Source: an uncultured Spirochaetota bacterium
GTDB taxonomy: Bacteria > Spirochaetota > Brevinematia > Brevinematales > JAOACQ01
NCBI GenBank assembly: GCA_963768055.1
Contig: CAVYGN010000001.1
Location: 736,001-800,000, forward strand
Reading direction: 5' to 3'
DNA length: 64,000 nucleotides
Each line of letters begins with the position of its first letter. Within the stretch, counting starts at the first letter, position 1. Below the pieces are notes generated by a model. That model made no database searches and was not told the origin of the DNA. It was given only the letters and a program-made list of their open reading frames with translations. Both the position numbers and the translations under genes were made by a program. Shown one piece after another: positions 47,769-58,140 of the stretch.

Positions 47769-49071
47769 AAAAGGGATTCTTCTGGTAAATCCTTTTATCG
47801 AGGATTTCGCGGCATACGATCACTTTTCTAAACCTCTGGGCCTGCTCCATCTGGCCTCCTATCTTAAGGAACATTTTGAACTTTATTTTGTCAACGCAGT
47901 TTCCAGGTCCGGTGGCCCGGGAACACCCCGTATAAAATTCAATGAAAACGGGACCGGTCCATTTCCATTTTATTTCATCGACACCCCGAATGTATTAAAA
48001 GACATTCCAAGGCGCTTTAAAAGATACGGGATTGCCCCCGAATTATTTTATAATGAATTAAAAAATGTTCCGTTTAATCCGGATTTTATTTTCGTAACCT
48101 CGGGAATGACATATTGGTACACGGGCTTAGCCTATACTATAGGCTTATTAAGGGAATATTTTCCGGACTCAAAAATTGTTCTGGGAGGGATCTATGCGGC
48201 GCTCCTGCCGGAGCATGCCCGCAGTGCGATAAAATGCGACTATATAGTGCCGCACCAGGGAATTTTCAAAGCGCTCTCGGCAATTGAAAAAATAACCGGC
48301 TTAACTTTTGAAAAAAAACTGAAATTTCCGTCTTATGAGCTTCTAGGCGAATATTACTACGCACCTGTGATGACTTCAACAGGATGTGTTTTTAACTGTG
48401 CTTACTGTGCGGTTGATTACCTTAACTCTTTTTCCAGGTATCCGGTTTCCCTTGCCGGAAGGGCTATCATAGACCTTTGTAAAATTTACGGGGTAAATAA
48501 AATAGCCTTCTACGACGACGCTTTATTATTCGATTCCCCGAACCACCTGGATAAAATCCTTGAAATAATTATAGAATCCGGAATCAAGGCCCGTTTTTAC
48601 ACCCCTAACGGCCTGCATATCAAGTTCCTTACATCCGAAACAGCGGCTTTAATGAAACAGGCCGGTTTTACTGATATAAGGCTCTCGCTGGAATCCCAGG
48701 ATGAAAAATTTCATGAGGCTGAAGGGAACAAGACCTGCCTTTCCGAGTTCAAGTTATCGATGGAAATTCTTACAAGAGCGGGATTCGAACAAAAGGATAT
48801 AAAATGTTATGTTCTTGTAAATCTTCCGGGCCAGGATATCGGATCGATTGAGGCAACGATTGAAACGGTGCACGGGCTGGGGGCGATTCCAATGCTCTCG
48901 TATTATTCCCCCATTCCTCACACCCCGGATTTTGACAGGGCCTCCCGTATAACAGATGTGTCAGAGCCATTGTTTCAGAACAATAATGTTTACCTTTTTC
49001 GCAGCGGTTTCGATATGGAGTACCTGAAGCATCTAAAAGCCAGGGAACTCTTATTCAGGAAGCAAGCTTAG
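47761..49071 (+). CDS. B12-binding-domain radical SAM protein
   Basis: NPFIEDFAAYD..KPLGL, VLGGIYA, GCVFNCAYC (CxxxCxxC), FYDDAL, TPNGLH. Confidence 0.88.
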   Translation: MSKKGILLVNPFIEDFAAYDHFSKPLGLLHLASYLKEHFELYFVNAVSRSGGPGTPRIKFNENGTGPFPFYFIDTPNVLKDIPRRFKRYGIAPELFYNELKNVPFNPDFIFVTSGMTYWYTGLAYTIGLLREYFPDSKIVLGGIYAALLPEHARSAIKCDYIVPHQGIFKALSAIEKITGLTFEKKLKFPSYELLGEYYYAPVMTSTGCVFNCAYCAVDYLNSFSRYPVSLAGRAIIDLCKIYGVNKIAFYDDALLFDSPNHLDKILEIIIESGIKARFYTPNGLHIKFLTSETAALMKQAGFTDIRLSLESQDEKFHEAEGNKTCLSEFKLSMEILTRAGFEQKDIKCYVLVNLPGQDIGSIEATIETVHGLGAIPMLSYYSPIPHTPDFDRASRITDVSEPLFQNNNVYLFRSGFDMEYLKHLKARELLFRKQA

Positions 49072-49483
49072 CCTTTAGCCTTATTATGACACTGCCCAGG
49101 GCCTTTGAAACAGGGCAGTTCTTTTCAGCGTCTTCGGCAATCTGCTGGAATTTCATTTGATCTATTCCGGGTACTTCCGCTTCAGTGTCAAGATCGATTT
49201 CCGGAATAACGAATCCCCCTCCTTCGCTTACTATATGGACTGATGCAGTAGTGCGGATGCTTTTAGGTTTAAACCCCTCCTGGCCCAGCGCAGCGGCGAA
49301 AGCCATTGAAAAGCATCCTGCGTGAGCGGCGCCTATCAGCTCTTCCGGATTTGTTCCCGGGCCGTTCTCAAAACGCGAGGAAAACGAATAATTCCCCTCG
49401 AATGCACCGCTGCCGAGCCTCATCGTTCCTTTACCGGTTTTAAGTTCACCTTCCCATACCGCCTTTGCCGTTCTTACAGCCAT
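49055..49483 (-). CDS. osmC: OsmC family peroxiredoxin
   Basis: AVWEG..G.G, GTNPEELIGAAHAGCFSMA, NCPVSKAL. Confidence 0.92.
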   Translation of the reverse strand: MAVRTAKAVWEGELKTGKGTMRLGSGAFEGNYSFSSRFENGPGTNPEELIGAAHAGCFSMAFAAALGQEGFKPKSIRTTASVHIVSEGGGFVIPEIDLDTEAEVPGIDQMKFQQIAEDAEKNCPVSKALGSVIIRLKAKLAS

Positions 49484-49504
49484 AACAACCTCCATATTTT
49501 TTGA

Positions 49505-49611
49505 TAAGGGCAGTTTAATATCTCAAGAATCTCCGTTTAATGAACAATTTAATATTATGTTTGCCCTATGGGAGCTACCTATCCGAAGGGTATATTTAGA
49601 AGCACCCATAA
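49505..49611. mobile_element. MITE-like element, copy 3 (degenerate)
   Basis: Left TAAGGGCAGTTTAATA; right TATTTAGAAGCACCCATAA; internal CCGAAGGG. Confidence 0.5.
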
Positions 49612-49654
49612 TTAAAGATACAGATTCGTTTTCTCTTCGGCAAGCCCGGCGTAA

Positions 49655-50449
49655 CTACTGTTCTATATGAAATACCTGGCCTTCAGCGGGAAAAAGCCCT
49701 TCCTTTACTTCCTGTGTGTAGGATGTAACAGCCGATTTGATAATACCGTAAAGATCGGCATATTTTTTAACATGCCTAAAATTCGATTCTTTATCCAGCC
49801 CGAGCATATCGGTTATTACAAGGACCTGGCCGTCTGTGTAACGTCCTGCGCCTATGCCTATGGTCGGGATTGAAATCCTTTCCGTGATTTCCCTGGCAGC
49901 TTCTTCTGTAGTTCCCTCGATAACAAAAGAGAAAGCACCGGCTTCCTTAATAGCCATGGCATCTAAAATGAGTTCCTCGGTTTCTCCGGCGTTTTTGCCC
50001 ATGATCCTGTGGCCGAAACGGCGGATTGATTGAGGTTTAAGCCCAATATGGCCCATTACAGGTATTCCAATGGTTGTAATTGATGAAATTACCGGCGCAA
50101 GCGCCGCTCCTCCTTCGAGCTTTACAGCGTCGGCATGAGCCTCTTTCATGAATCGGCCGGCATTTCTGATGCTTTCTTCGCTGGAAGTTCCATAGCTTAG
50201 AAAAGGCATATCTGCTATTATAAAAGAATCGGGTGCGCCCCTCCTTACTGCTTTAACATGATAGATCATTTCGTCCATGGTCACCGGCAGCGTGCTTTTA
50301 TATCCGGAGTAAACCATACCGGCGGTATCTCCGACAAGGATTAAATCTATCTTAAGTTCATTGAGGATCCTTGCCGTCAGGGTATCGTATGCCGTAAGCA
50401 TTACTATTTTTTCCCTGTTCTTAAGGGACATGATTTTGCCGACAGTCAT
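49655..50449 (-). CDS. panB: 3-methyl-2-oxobutanoate hydroxymethyltransferase
   Basis: MLTAYD, ILVGDT, ADMPFLSY, AVKLEGG, GHIGLKPQ, PTIGIGAG. Confidence 0.95.
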   Translation of the reverse strand: MTVGKIMSLKNREKIVMLTAYDTLTARILNELKIDLILVGDTAGMVYSGYKSTLPVTMDEMIYHVKAVRRGAPDSFIIADMPFLSYGTSSEESIRNAGRFMKEAHADAVKLEGGAALAPVISSITTIGIPVMGHIGLKPQSIRRFGHRIMGKNAGETEELILDAMAIKEAGAFSFVIEGTTEEAAREITERISIPTIGIGAGRYTDGQVLVITDMLGLDKESNFRHVKKYADLYGIIKSAVTSYTQEVKEGLFPAEGQVFHIEQ

Positions 50450-50460
50450 TCGGACCTCCT

Positions 50461-53145
50461 TTAATTATAAAGTTTAATATGCATCAAAACCTGCTTCTTT
50501 AGAATAAGCCTGTTGACCGGGGAAATAAAAGACAGGCCGATAGCCAGGATCCATAGCCTTAAATCAAGGACCGGCACGGTTTTAAAAACAGTGCCAAGGG
50601 GTTTTATGTAGATGATAACCGGGATCAACGAAAGCATCAGCAGGCTGGATAAAAAAAGCAGGGGGTTCGGCCGCAGGAACTTGTCCTTGAGTTTACCATC
50701 CCTCAGGAAATAAATGGAAATTTGCGGTGAAATAAGCGTGACTGAAAAAGCTATGGTCCTTGCCATTTCCGCGCTTTTTGTCAGGCGGAAGGTTATTATA
50801 AATGAGAGCATGATGCACAAACCGAAAACAAAACCGTCCAGTACCATATTGAAATGTTCGGGAAAGGTGAGGAGAGGTTCGGCGGTTTTCACAGGTTTTT
50901 TTTTCATAATACTTTCATCCAAAGGGTCCATGCCGATTCCGACGCTTGGGAGGGATTCCATCACTATATTCGACAATAATATCTGAATGGGAACAAGCAC
51001 GGCAGGGTACCCGAAAAGCGGTGTGAAAAGAACCGCGATTACTTTGCCAATATTATTTGTGATCAGGTAGCGAACAAGCTTTTTAATGTTCCGGAAAAGT
51101 GTGCGGCCTTCCCCGATGGCTTTTATAATTACTTCCAGATTATCTTCTGCAAGAATCATATCCGCCGCTTCCTGGGCAACCTGGCTGCCGGAACGGCCCA
51201 TAGCTATACCGATATCGGAGGCTTTAAGAGCCGGAGCGTCGTTTACCCCGTCTCCAGTCATAGCTACCGTGTGGCCTTTCTCTCTAAGCTTTTCCACTAT
51301 TCTGAGTTTATCCAGCGGTGATACCCGGGAATAAACACTGAGATTCTCTACAATCGATGAGAACTTATTTTCATTCATTCCTTCAAGTTCATGGCCTTCG
51401 ATAATCTGATTTGGATCGGCGGCGATACCGACGCTTTCCGCTATAGAAAGTGCGGTTTTTCTGCCGTCCCCCGTAATCATGACGACCTGAATATTCGCTT
51501 CATGTGCGTTCTCGATCACCCTTTTTACCTCGTCCTTCGGAGGGTCGTAGAGGACTGCCGCTCCAAGGAATACGAGCCCTGACGCCATATTAGCCCCGAT
51601 TCTTTTATTCCAGTCCGGGGCCGGTTTTCTCGCGAAGACGATAATGCGGAATCCCTTTTCCGCCTTTTCCGATAGCTCGCTTAGTATATGCATGGCAAAA
51701 TGTTCATCGAGAGGTTTCTCCTTTTCATCGGAATAGTAACGGGAACAGAGCGGGAGTATCTTTTCGAGGGCTCCCTTCATATAATAATTTTTTTTACCCG
51801 ATGCGTCTCTAATAAGGCAGGCCGAGTACATTTTTTCAGATGAAAACGGTTCGCAGTCAAGGACTTTGAAGGTTTCGAAATTGTCAGGTTTGAATCCGAG
51901 AATAATACCGCTCTTTATTAGCGACGTCTCCGTCGGGTCTCCAATTTCCCTGACTAAATTACCGTCCTTCTCAATAACACGTGAACTAGAACACTTTACC
52001 GAAGTAAGGAAAATATCATGAATAGCGCCCGATTTGCCCTCGGATATCATTTTAAGAAGATCGGCGTTGACATAGAACCTGTTATTAATAAAATATTCCC
52101 TGACCGATATAATATGACGGGTGAGCGTTCCTGTTTTGTCCGTACATATGAAATCAACATTCCCAAGCGTTTCAACTGATGATAATTTTTTAATAATTAC
52201 GGATTTTTTAGCCATCCTTTCCACTGCAAACGCCATGGAAATTGTGATAGAGGCCGGCAATCCTTCAGGGAAAACCGCGACCATGATGCTGATGGCTAAG
52301 AGGACAGCCTCTTTTATCTCAAAGCTCCTTAAAATACTCACAAGAAGGATTAATATAGATGAAAATAAAGCAAGCCCTACAATGAATGAAATCTCCGAAT
52401 TCAGCCTTTTCTGGAGGGGAGTAGTTTTAACTTTGCCGATCCGGATTTTATCGGCTATTTTACCGATTTCGGAATTAAACCCGGTATTTATGATCAAGGC
52501 TTTTCCTTCACCCTTTAAAACTTTGCTTCCGGCAAAGAGGATGTTTTTCATTTCATACAGCTTAAATTCTTCTCCCTTCATGGACCTGGAGGTTTTCTCA
52601 ATCGGTATGCTTTCTCCCGTCAGGTGCGACTCGTCTACAAGAATGCTTTTAGCTTCGATAATCCGGGCATCGGCAGGGATTATATCCCCCGCTCCATATG
52701 TCAGGAGGTCGCCGGGTACAAGATATTTTGAGGAGATTACTTCCAGGTTTCCTTCCCTGATAACCTTTGATTGGGGGAAAAGGATTTTTTTAAGCTCTAT
52801 GACCGCTTTGTCAGCTTTTCTATCCTGGAAAATACTCAGGGTGGTGTTTATGATTATTACACCCATAATAGCCAGTGCGGAAGTCCAGTCTCTTATAATA
52901 AAAGCGAAGAGAGAGGCACCGATCAGCACTGTCCCCATGGGATCGAAAAGGCTTTTCAGCATCTGGTTGAAGAATCCCTTTCCCCTTTCCGTTTCGAATT
53001 CATTAAAGCCGTTTTCCTCAACTAATTTTTTCACTGTTACGTTATCAAGACCGTCCTTTGAAGACGATAGAAACCTGTAGGCTGTACTGACGCTGAGCGA
53101 AGAAATTGAAGTCAAATCATGATACATGCAGTTTCCTTCAATCAA
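50461..53145 (-). CDS. P-type cation-transporting ATPase (type IIA, Ca2+-like)
   Basis: LTGES, PEGL, DKTGT, MTGDGVNDAPAL. Confidence 0.92.
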   Translation of the reverse strand: MIEGNCMYHDLTSISSLSVSTAYRFLSSSKDGLDNVTVKKLVEENGFNEFETERGKGFFNQMLKSLFDPMGTVLIGASLFAFIIRDWTSALAIMGVIIINTTLSIFQDRKADKAVIELKKILFPQSKVIREGNLEVISSKYLVPGDLLTYGAGDIIPADARIIEAKSILVDESHLTGESIPIEKTSRSMKGEEFKLYEMKNILFAGSKVLKGEGKALIINTGFNSEIGKIADKIRIGKVKTTPLQKRLNSEISFIVGLALFSSILILLVSILRSFEIKEAVLLAISIMVAVFPEGLPASITISMAFAVERMAKKSVIIKKLSSVETLGNVDFICTDKTGTLTRHIISVREYFINNRFYVNADLLKMISEGKSGAIHDIFLTSVKCSSSRVIEKDGNLVREIGDPTETSLIKSGIILGFKPDNFETFKVLDCEPFSSEKMYSACLIRDASGKKNYYMKGALEKILPLCSRYYSDEKEKPLDEHFAMHILSELSEKAEKGFRIIVFARKPAPDWNKRIGANMASGLVFLGAAVLYDPPKDEVKRVIENAHEANIQVVMITGDGRKTALSIAESVGIAADPNQIIEGHELEGMNENKFSSIVENLSVYSRVSPLDKLRIVEKLREKGHTVAMTGDGVNDAPALKASDIGIAMGRSGSQVAQEAADMILAEDNLEVIIKAIGEGRTLFRNIKKLVRYLITNNIGKVIAVLFTPLFGYPAVLVPIQILLSNIVMESLPSVGIGMDPLDESIMKKKPVKTAEPLLTFPEHFNMVLDGFVFGLCIMLSFIITFRLTKSAEMARTIAFSVTLISPQISIYFLRDGKLKDKFLRPNPLLFLSSLLMLSLIPVIIYIKPLGTVFKTVPVLDLRLWILAIGLSFISPVNRLILKKQVLMHIKLYN

Positions 53146-54023
53146 CTATGGCTCTGGCAGAGATTGTCACCTGCATGGTATTTCTCTGTCTCGGGCTGGA
53201 ATAGAATATGCGTAATACCGAAATCGACCAGTTCGCACCTTAGATCTTCCAATAGGGTTTCAATTTGTTCAAGGGAGTATATTTTATCGAGAACAATATG
53301 TGCCGAAAACATCATATCTTTTGACGAAGGCTGAATTATATGAATGTCATGAATACTTTTTATTTCTTTATGTGAGAGTATTTTTTTTATAATATCGTTC
53401 AAATTTTCATTTCCTGCGTCCATAAGGCTTAAAAATGTCCTTTTGAGGATCTTTAAAGACCATAATAAAATAAACAGGGAAAATATTATTGAAACCAGGG
53501 GATCTATTATTGAAACTCCGAAAATCGAAATAAGGATTCCCCCCGCGACTACCCCCGCGGACAGCCCGGCGTCGCTTATCAGGTGAAGATATGAAGCTGC
53601 GATATTCATATTCTCGTTTTCATGAACTTTTCCGTTATTCCGGAAGAGAAGGGCTGATAAAAGGTTAACCGCGAAGGCCGCTGCGGCGGCTGTAATCATA
53701 TAGAAACTGTTTACAGGGGATGGCGTAAAAAGCCTTTTCACGGCTTCGAAGATAATGAAAACCATTGAAAGAAATAAAAAGAGGGAATGAACGAATCCAG
53801 CCATCATTTCCGACCTTATATATCCGAAGGTCATTTCCGGGGTAGCCTTCCTGGTGCTGTAAATAAACGCTATCAGGGCTATAGTTAGAGATAAAACATC
53901 TCCGAGGTTATGAAAAGCGTCGGTAATAAGGGACATTGAATTTGACAGGAGACCGAAAAAGAATTCGCCGATTACAATTACAACATTCAGGGAGATTGCG
54001 CTAAAAAAGCGTAACCTTGTCAT
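53142..54023 (-). CDS. CDF family Zn/Co/Cd efflux transporter (CzcD-like)
   Basis: DAFHNLGD, TFGYIRSE, YLHLISD, IHDIHI, THILFQPE. Confidence 0.9.
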   Translation of the reverse strand: MTRLRFFSAISLNVVIVIGEFFFGLLSNSMSLITDAFHNLGDVLSLTIALIAFIYSTRKATPEMTFGYIRSEMMAGFVHSLFLFLSMVFIIFEAVKRLFTPSPVNSFYMITAAAAAFAVNLLSALLFRNNGKVHENENMNIAASYLHLISDAGLSAGVVAGGILISIFGVSIIDPLVSIIFSLFILLWSLKILKRTFLSLMDAGNENLNDIIKKILSHKEIKSIHDIHIIQPSSKDMMFSAHIVLDKIYSLEQIETLLEDLRCELVDFGITHILFQPETEKYHAGDNLCQSHS

Positions 54024-54029
54024 GGTTTT

Positions 54030-54356
54030 TTATTTTACTAATGAAATATTGTCGACAATCTGGAAAAATTCGTTAAGCCTGAAAGTGAAAAAAAGGTCCT
54101 TGATGTCTTTGTTAAGCCCTACTATGAAGAGTTTTCCGTTCAGGTCCGAGAGCCTTTTATAAGCTAAAAGAAGCTTGCCGATGCCGCTTGACCCGATGAA
54201 TATCATATCGGAAAAATCGATTATTATTTCCCTTTTGCCGTCGTCAATGAGTGTTGTGAGTATCTCTTTAAAGTCCCTGGCATCGGGATCCGTAACTAAA
54301 TTTTCCTTGATCTTCAGTAAGGTTTTGCCCTTGTAATCCGATATTTCGTATTTCAT
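54030..54356 (-). CDS. STAS domain anti-sigma-factor antagonist
   Basis: IIIDFSDMIFIGSSGIGKL. Confidence 0.88.
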   Translation of the reverse strand: MKYEISDYKGKTLLKIKENLVTDPDARDFKEILTTLIDDGKREIIIDFSDMIFIGSSGIGKLLLAYKRLSDLNGKLFIVGLNKDIKDLFFTFRLNEFFQIVDNISLVK

Positions 54357-54449
54357 TTTGATCTCCCGGTTATTTATTTATAAATACCAGATATCATATG
54401 AGATTTTTCGAATAAATGCAAGTTCATTTTGATTTAATATTCATTCGCT

Positions 54450-55997
54450 TTAATGCCTGAAATGCCTGATTCCTGTGAAGGCCATTGAGATGCCATGCTC
54501 ATCAGCCGCCCGGATCGTTTCTTCGTCCCTTACTGAACCGCCCGGCTGAACAATGGCGCCGATCCCGCTTGCTGCGGCGCTGTCTATGCTGTCCCTGAAT
54601 GGGAAATATGCGTCGGAAGCCATAACCGAGCCCTTTGCGTCGAAACCGGATTCTCCGGCCTTAATAAGGGCCAGTCGGGCCGAATCTACCCTTGACATCT
54701 GTCCGGCCCCGATGCCGATAGTTTGCTTGTCTTTTACATATACTATAGCGTTGGATTTCACATATTTGCATATTTTAAAAGCGAATTTGAGATCGGACAA
54801 TTCCTGTTCGGACGGTCTTTTTTTTGTTACGATCTCCCATTTTTCTTCCATACCCCCGCCGGTGTCCCATTCCTGTACGAGCATGCCGCCTTCAATGCGC
54901 CTGTATGACATTCCCCTTTTTTTCCAGTCGTTTCCGTTCAGCTTCAATATGCGCAGATTTTTTCTCCCCTCCAGAATCCTTACCGCTTCATCCTCATAAT
55001 CGGGAGCGATTACTATCTCATAAAACCTTTCCCCTATCTTTGATGCGGTCCGGGCATCCATTTTTTTATTGAATCCTATTATTCCGCCGAAAGCGGATGA
55101 GGGGTCGCAGGCCAGCGCCCTCTCGTAAGCGTTGCAAAGGTCCTCCGATAAAGCCGATCCGCAGGGATTCGAATGCTTGATGATAACGGCGAAAGGGCCC
55201 TCGCCGGAGAATTCCCTTAATATATCGATGCATGCGTCGGCGTCAAGAAAGTTATTGTAAGACATTTCCTTGCCCCAGAGGATCGCTGCCCCGGGTGCTG
55301 ATATGTTATCATCGACGTAGCTCCTGTACAGCATTGCTTTCTGGTGGGGATTTTCACCGTACCTGAGAGACTGTTTTATTTTAAGCGGAAGGCCGAATTC
55401 CGCGGGAAATTGCCTGACCGCCAGCCGGTTGAAGTAAGTGGATATAAACGAGTCATAATACGCGGTAAGGCTGAAAGCCTTGGCGGCAAGTTCAATACGG
55501 GTTTCCCGGGACAGAAACCCCTTTTCATTTATCTCGTTAATTATTCTTTCGAAATCGCCGTTGTCCACGATAACAGCTACGTCCTGGAAGTTTTTAGCCG
55601 CGGCCCTTATGAGTGCGACGCCGCCTATATCGATCTGTTCGATAATTTGATCAAAAGAAGATTTTGAATTTTGGACCGTCTCTTCGAAGGGATAGAGATT
55701 AACAACTACATAATCGATCGGCGGAATGTCATGATTTTGCAATTCGGAGATATGGTCAGGCTTGGAACGGACTGCAAGAATCCCGGCATGGATAGCCGGA
55801 TGAAGGGTTTTGACCCTCCCATCGAGGATCTCGGGAAAACCGGTGGCTGAAGACACCTCCGTAACTTTTACTTTATGCTCCCTCAGGTACTTGAAAGTTC
55901 CGCCCGTAGAAAGGATTTCGAAGCCTTTTTCCTGCAGAAAGAGTGCGAATTTTTCAGACCCTTCTTTATGATATAAACTGAAAAGAGCCCTTTTCAT
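54450..55997 (-). CDS. purH: Bifunctional AICAR transformylase/IMP cyclohydrolase
   Basis: [47 protein letters not shown]. Confidence 0.96.
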   Translation of the reverse strand: MKRALFSLYHKEGSEKFALFLQEKGFEILSTGGTFKYLREHKVKVTEVSSATGFPEILDGRVKTLHPAIHAGILAVRSKPDHISELQNHDIPPIDYVVVNLYPFEETVQNSKSSFDQIIEQIDIGGVALIRAAAKNFQDVAVIVDNGDFERIINEINEKGFLSRETRIELAAKAFSLTAYYDSFISTYFNRLAVRQFPAEFGLPLKIKQSLRYGENPHQKAMLYRSYVDDNISAPGAAILWGKEMSYNNFLDADACIDILREFSGEGPFAVIIKHSNPCGSALSEDLCNAYERALACDPSSAFGGIIGFNKKMDARTASKIGERFYEIVIAPDYEDEAVRILEGRKNLRILKLNGNDWKKRGMSYRRIEGGMLVQEWDTGGGMEEKWEIVTKKRPSEQELSDLKFAFKICKYVKSNAIVYVKDKQTIGIGAGQMSRVDSARLALIKAGESGFDAKGSVMASDAYFPFRDSIDSAAASGIGAIVQPGGSVRDEETIRAADEHGISMAFTGIRHFRH

Positions 55998-56250
55998 AAA
56001 TACCCCTAAACATTTAATGGTTGTATTAAATTTGTAAATTTTATGTAAAATTATAGCTGATGTTGTGACTTAACGCAAAGAGTACAAAGATTTTTTACAT
56101 GAGCCGCAGGGAGAATTTCAAACAGGCCGGGTGATCGTTTGAGATAAATATCCTTGGAAATTTCATTGGTCCATCGGGCCAGAATAATAGGAAAATCCTG
56201 AATGCGGGTATTGATAGCAGAATGATCCGAACTGCCGCGTTTCATAATTA

Positions 56251-57012
56251 TTACAGGATATTCCGTCTGTTCCCGGAATGCACTGTGAAATATTTTCTAA
56301 TTTTGTTAAAATCAATTATCAACAAAGGAAACCATACTAAATATAAAGTACCGGCAATTACCATTATATACGAGGCGATTTTTTCAAAAAACAAACTAAC
56401 AAAAATATGTATTAAGTCAAGGGAAAATGTAACAATACCTATAATTCCCGTAATTTTTTTAAATAGTTTACCTTTAATCATTAATATTGAATATAATATT
56501 GCACATATTTGAATTATTATTCCGCTTAATACTGTTCCTGTGCTACGCCACATATCCGATACTCTTAATGTTTCTCCTATAATCAGTAAATTTTTCTTTA
56601 TAATTTCATTTTGTTCATTTTTATATCTATGACTTAATTCCATCATTTGAAAAATGTTTGCCGTCGAAAGAAATAAGGTGAAACCGATAATCAGAAATAT
56701 TAAGAGCAGGTTATTTATTTCGTCATTTTCATACTCCGTTTTTAAAATTCGGGATATTGAATAAAACATAATTAAATATAATGGCATGACCATAACAGTA
56801 AGAATATCAAGTCGAATTAGTCCCAGAAAATAATTTTTATTTAATAATTCAAATACATCAGCAATACTATCGGGCAATGCCCCCAAGATCATGGTTTGGA
56901 TAAGTGTCTCTATTGAATATACGAGAAATACAACCGATGTAACTATTCCAAATAGAGCTAAAGTTTTAATATTCCGATTCAGAGTAAAATCGTTATTCGT
57001 TTTAATCGCCAT
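56251..57012 (-). CDS. Membrane protein, DUF4386-like; visibly AT-rich
   Basis: Multiple TMs, LSHRY motif, K.TGIIGI. Confidence 0.65.
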   Translation of the reverse strand: MAIKTNNDFTLNRNIKTLALFGIVTSVVFLVYSIETLIQTMILGALPDSIADVFELLNKNYFLGLIRLDILTVMVMPLYLIMFYSISRILKTEYENDEINNLLLIFLIIGFTLFLSTANIFQMMELSHRYKNEQNEIIKKNLLIIGETLRVSDMWRSTGTVLSGIIIQICAILYSILMIKGKLFKKITGIIGIVTFSLDLIHIFVSLFFEKIASYIMVIAGTLYLVWFPLLIIDFNKIRKYFTVHSGNRRNIL

Positions 57013-57073
57013 AAATTTCTTCCTTATCTTCCAGAATTATAAAACTCCGTGACTCCGTGTAAATTCTCACTCG

Positions 57074-57946
57074 TTATTTCATGTTAATATTTGAAATATC
57101 CTCAAGTACAATTTCACCCCCGGCTAAAGAAGATCTTATAGTAAGCCTTCTGTCCGAATCCTCCACCATGGCGGTCGATCCTTTTAAAAAAGCGCCCATC
57201 AGCCTGTTCAGGAACGGGTCTGCCAGGGCATAACTGAATTCGCTTACATTGAAAGAACCGGCCTTGGTCCGGATAGTTTCCTTCGATAAAAATTTCCAGG
57301 AAATAATCATGGGTTCCTTCATGATCTCAGGGAGTATAGTGAGATAAATTCCTCCTCTTTGTATATCAAGGAAGCGGGGGATAAACCCTGTACCGGACCA
57401 CATGCTCATAGAAGGGATACTGGTATTAACTTTTACATGGTATCTGCTTTCGTTCGTCACATTGCCCTTCAATAATTTCGATGTATATTCCACTTCGCCC
57501 TTTTCACGCTGCAGCTTATAATGCCAGTAAATAAGGCCGCCCCCTTTCACCCAGTTTTTTGAATTTTCGGGGGTCAGATTTCCTTCGGATTCGATCACCG
57601 AACCGAGTTTCGGGTCTATTGTGAAATATGCCGGCCATTTTAAGTAAGAATCGGGCTTTTGCTGATTTTCCTCGGTTGTAATTAAATTAAAATAAATACG
57701 GTAATAAATCCCGCCGTCAACAGAGGCGACCTTTTTTGTTACAAAATAATAATCCCCTTCCCTTTCTCCGAGAGAATAAGAACCGTAATGAAGGAACTCC
57801 CCGTCGGGGATGTTAATAACATTATATATCTTCATAGGGATCTTTTGTATTTTACCGCCCATAGTACAGGAGATTGCGGTAAAAAATGTTATTATCAGCA
57901 TCATCCCGGTTAAAGATTTTAAATACCCGGTCATATCAGGCTCCAT
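57074..57946 (-). CDS. Hypothetical lipoprotein, paralog of 38778..39641
   Basis: Lipobox-like AISC; ETIRTKAGSF (DUF3108-like motif). Confidence 0.75.
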   Translation of the reverse strand: MEPDMTGYLKSLTGMMLIITFFTAISCTMGGKIQKIPMKIYNVINIPDGEFLHYGSYSLGEREGDYYFVTKKVASVDGGIYYRIYFNLITTEENQQKPDSYLKWPAYFTIDPKLGSVIESEGNLTPENSKNWVKGGGLIYWHYKLQREKGEVEYTSKLLKGNVTNESRYHVKVNTSIPSMSMWSGTGFIPRFLDIQRGGIYLTILPEIMKEPMIISWKFLSKETIRTKAGSFNVSEFSYALADPFLNRLMGAFLKGSTAMVEDSDRRLTIRSSLAGGEIVLEDISNINMK

Positions 57947-58070
57947 ATTTTAAAATCTAAAAAATATACCACTTTTTTACTCCGGAAGCAACTTTATGGG
58001 CATACCTTAAAATCAACATTGATAAAATTTGAGAGGGATATGAATTTGTTGTATCATTAAACGGGAATAT

Positions 58071-58137
58071 CTACTCGAAGGGCCGAAGGTTGTGCCCGAA
58101 GGGTACTTGTGCCTGAAGGGTATGTGCTTCGGGGGTT
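58071..58137. repeat. Tandem GNA-loop mini-hairpin repeats (TGCCCGAAGGGTA variants)
   Basis: TACTCGAAGGG, CCGAAGG, GTGCCCGAAGGGTAC, GTGCCTGAAGGGTAT, GCTTCGGGGG in series. Confidence 0.7.
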
Positions 58138-58140
58138 AAA

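Noticed and set aside
52121..53080. 319-aa + strand ORF
   Set aside because: Antisense shadow of the P-type ATPase in the mirrored frame; no independent motifs or RBS.
55998..56250. Possible ZMP/ZTP riboswitch upstream of purH
   Set aside because: I could not find the conserved GACTGGCG...GCCTGGGC-type elements on the minus strand.
58071..58137. CRISPR array
   Set aside because: Units are about 15 nt with no spacers, and there are no cas genes in the window.
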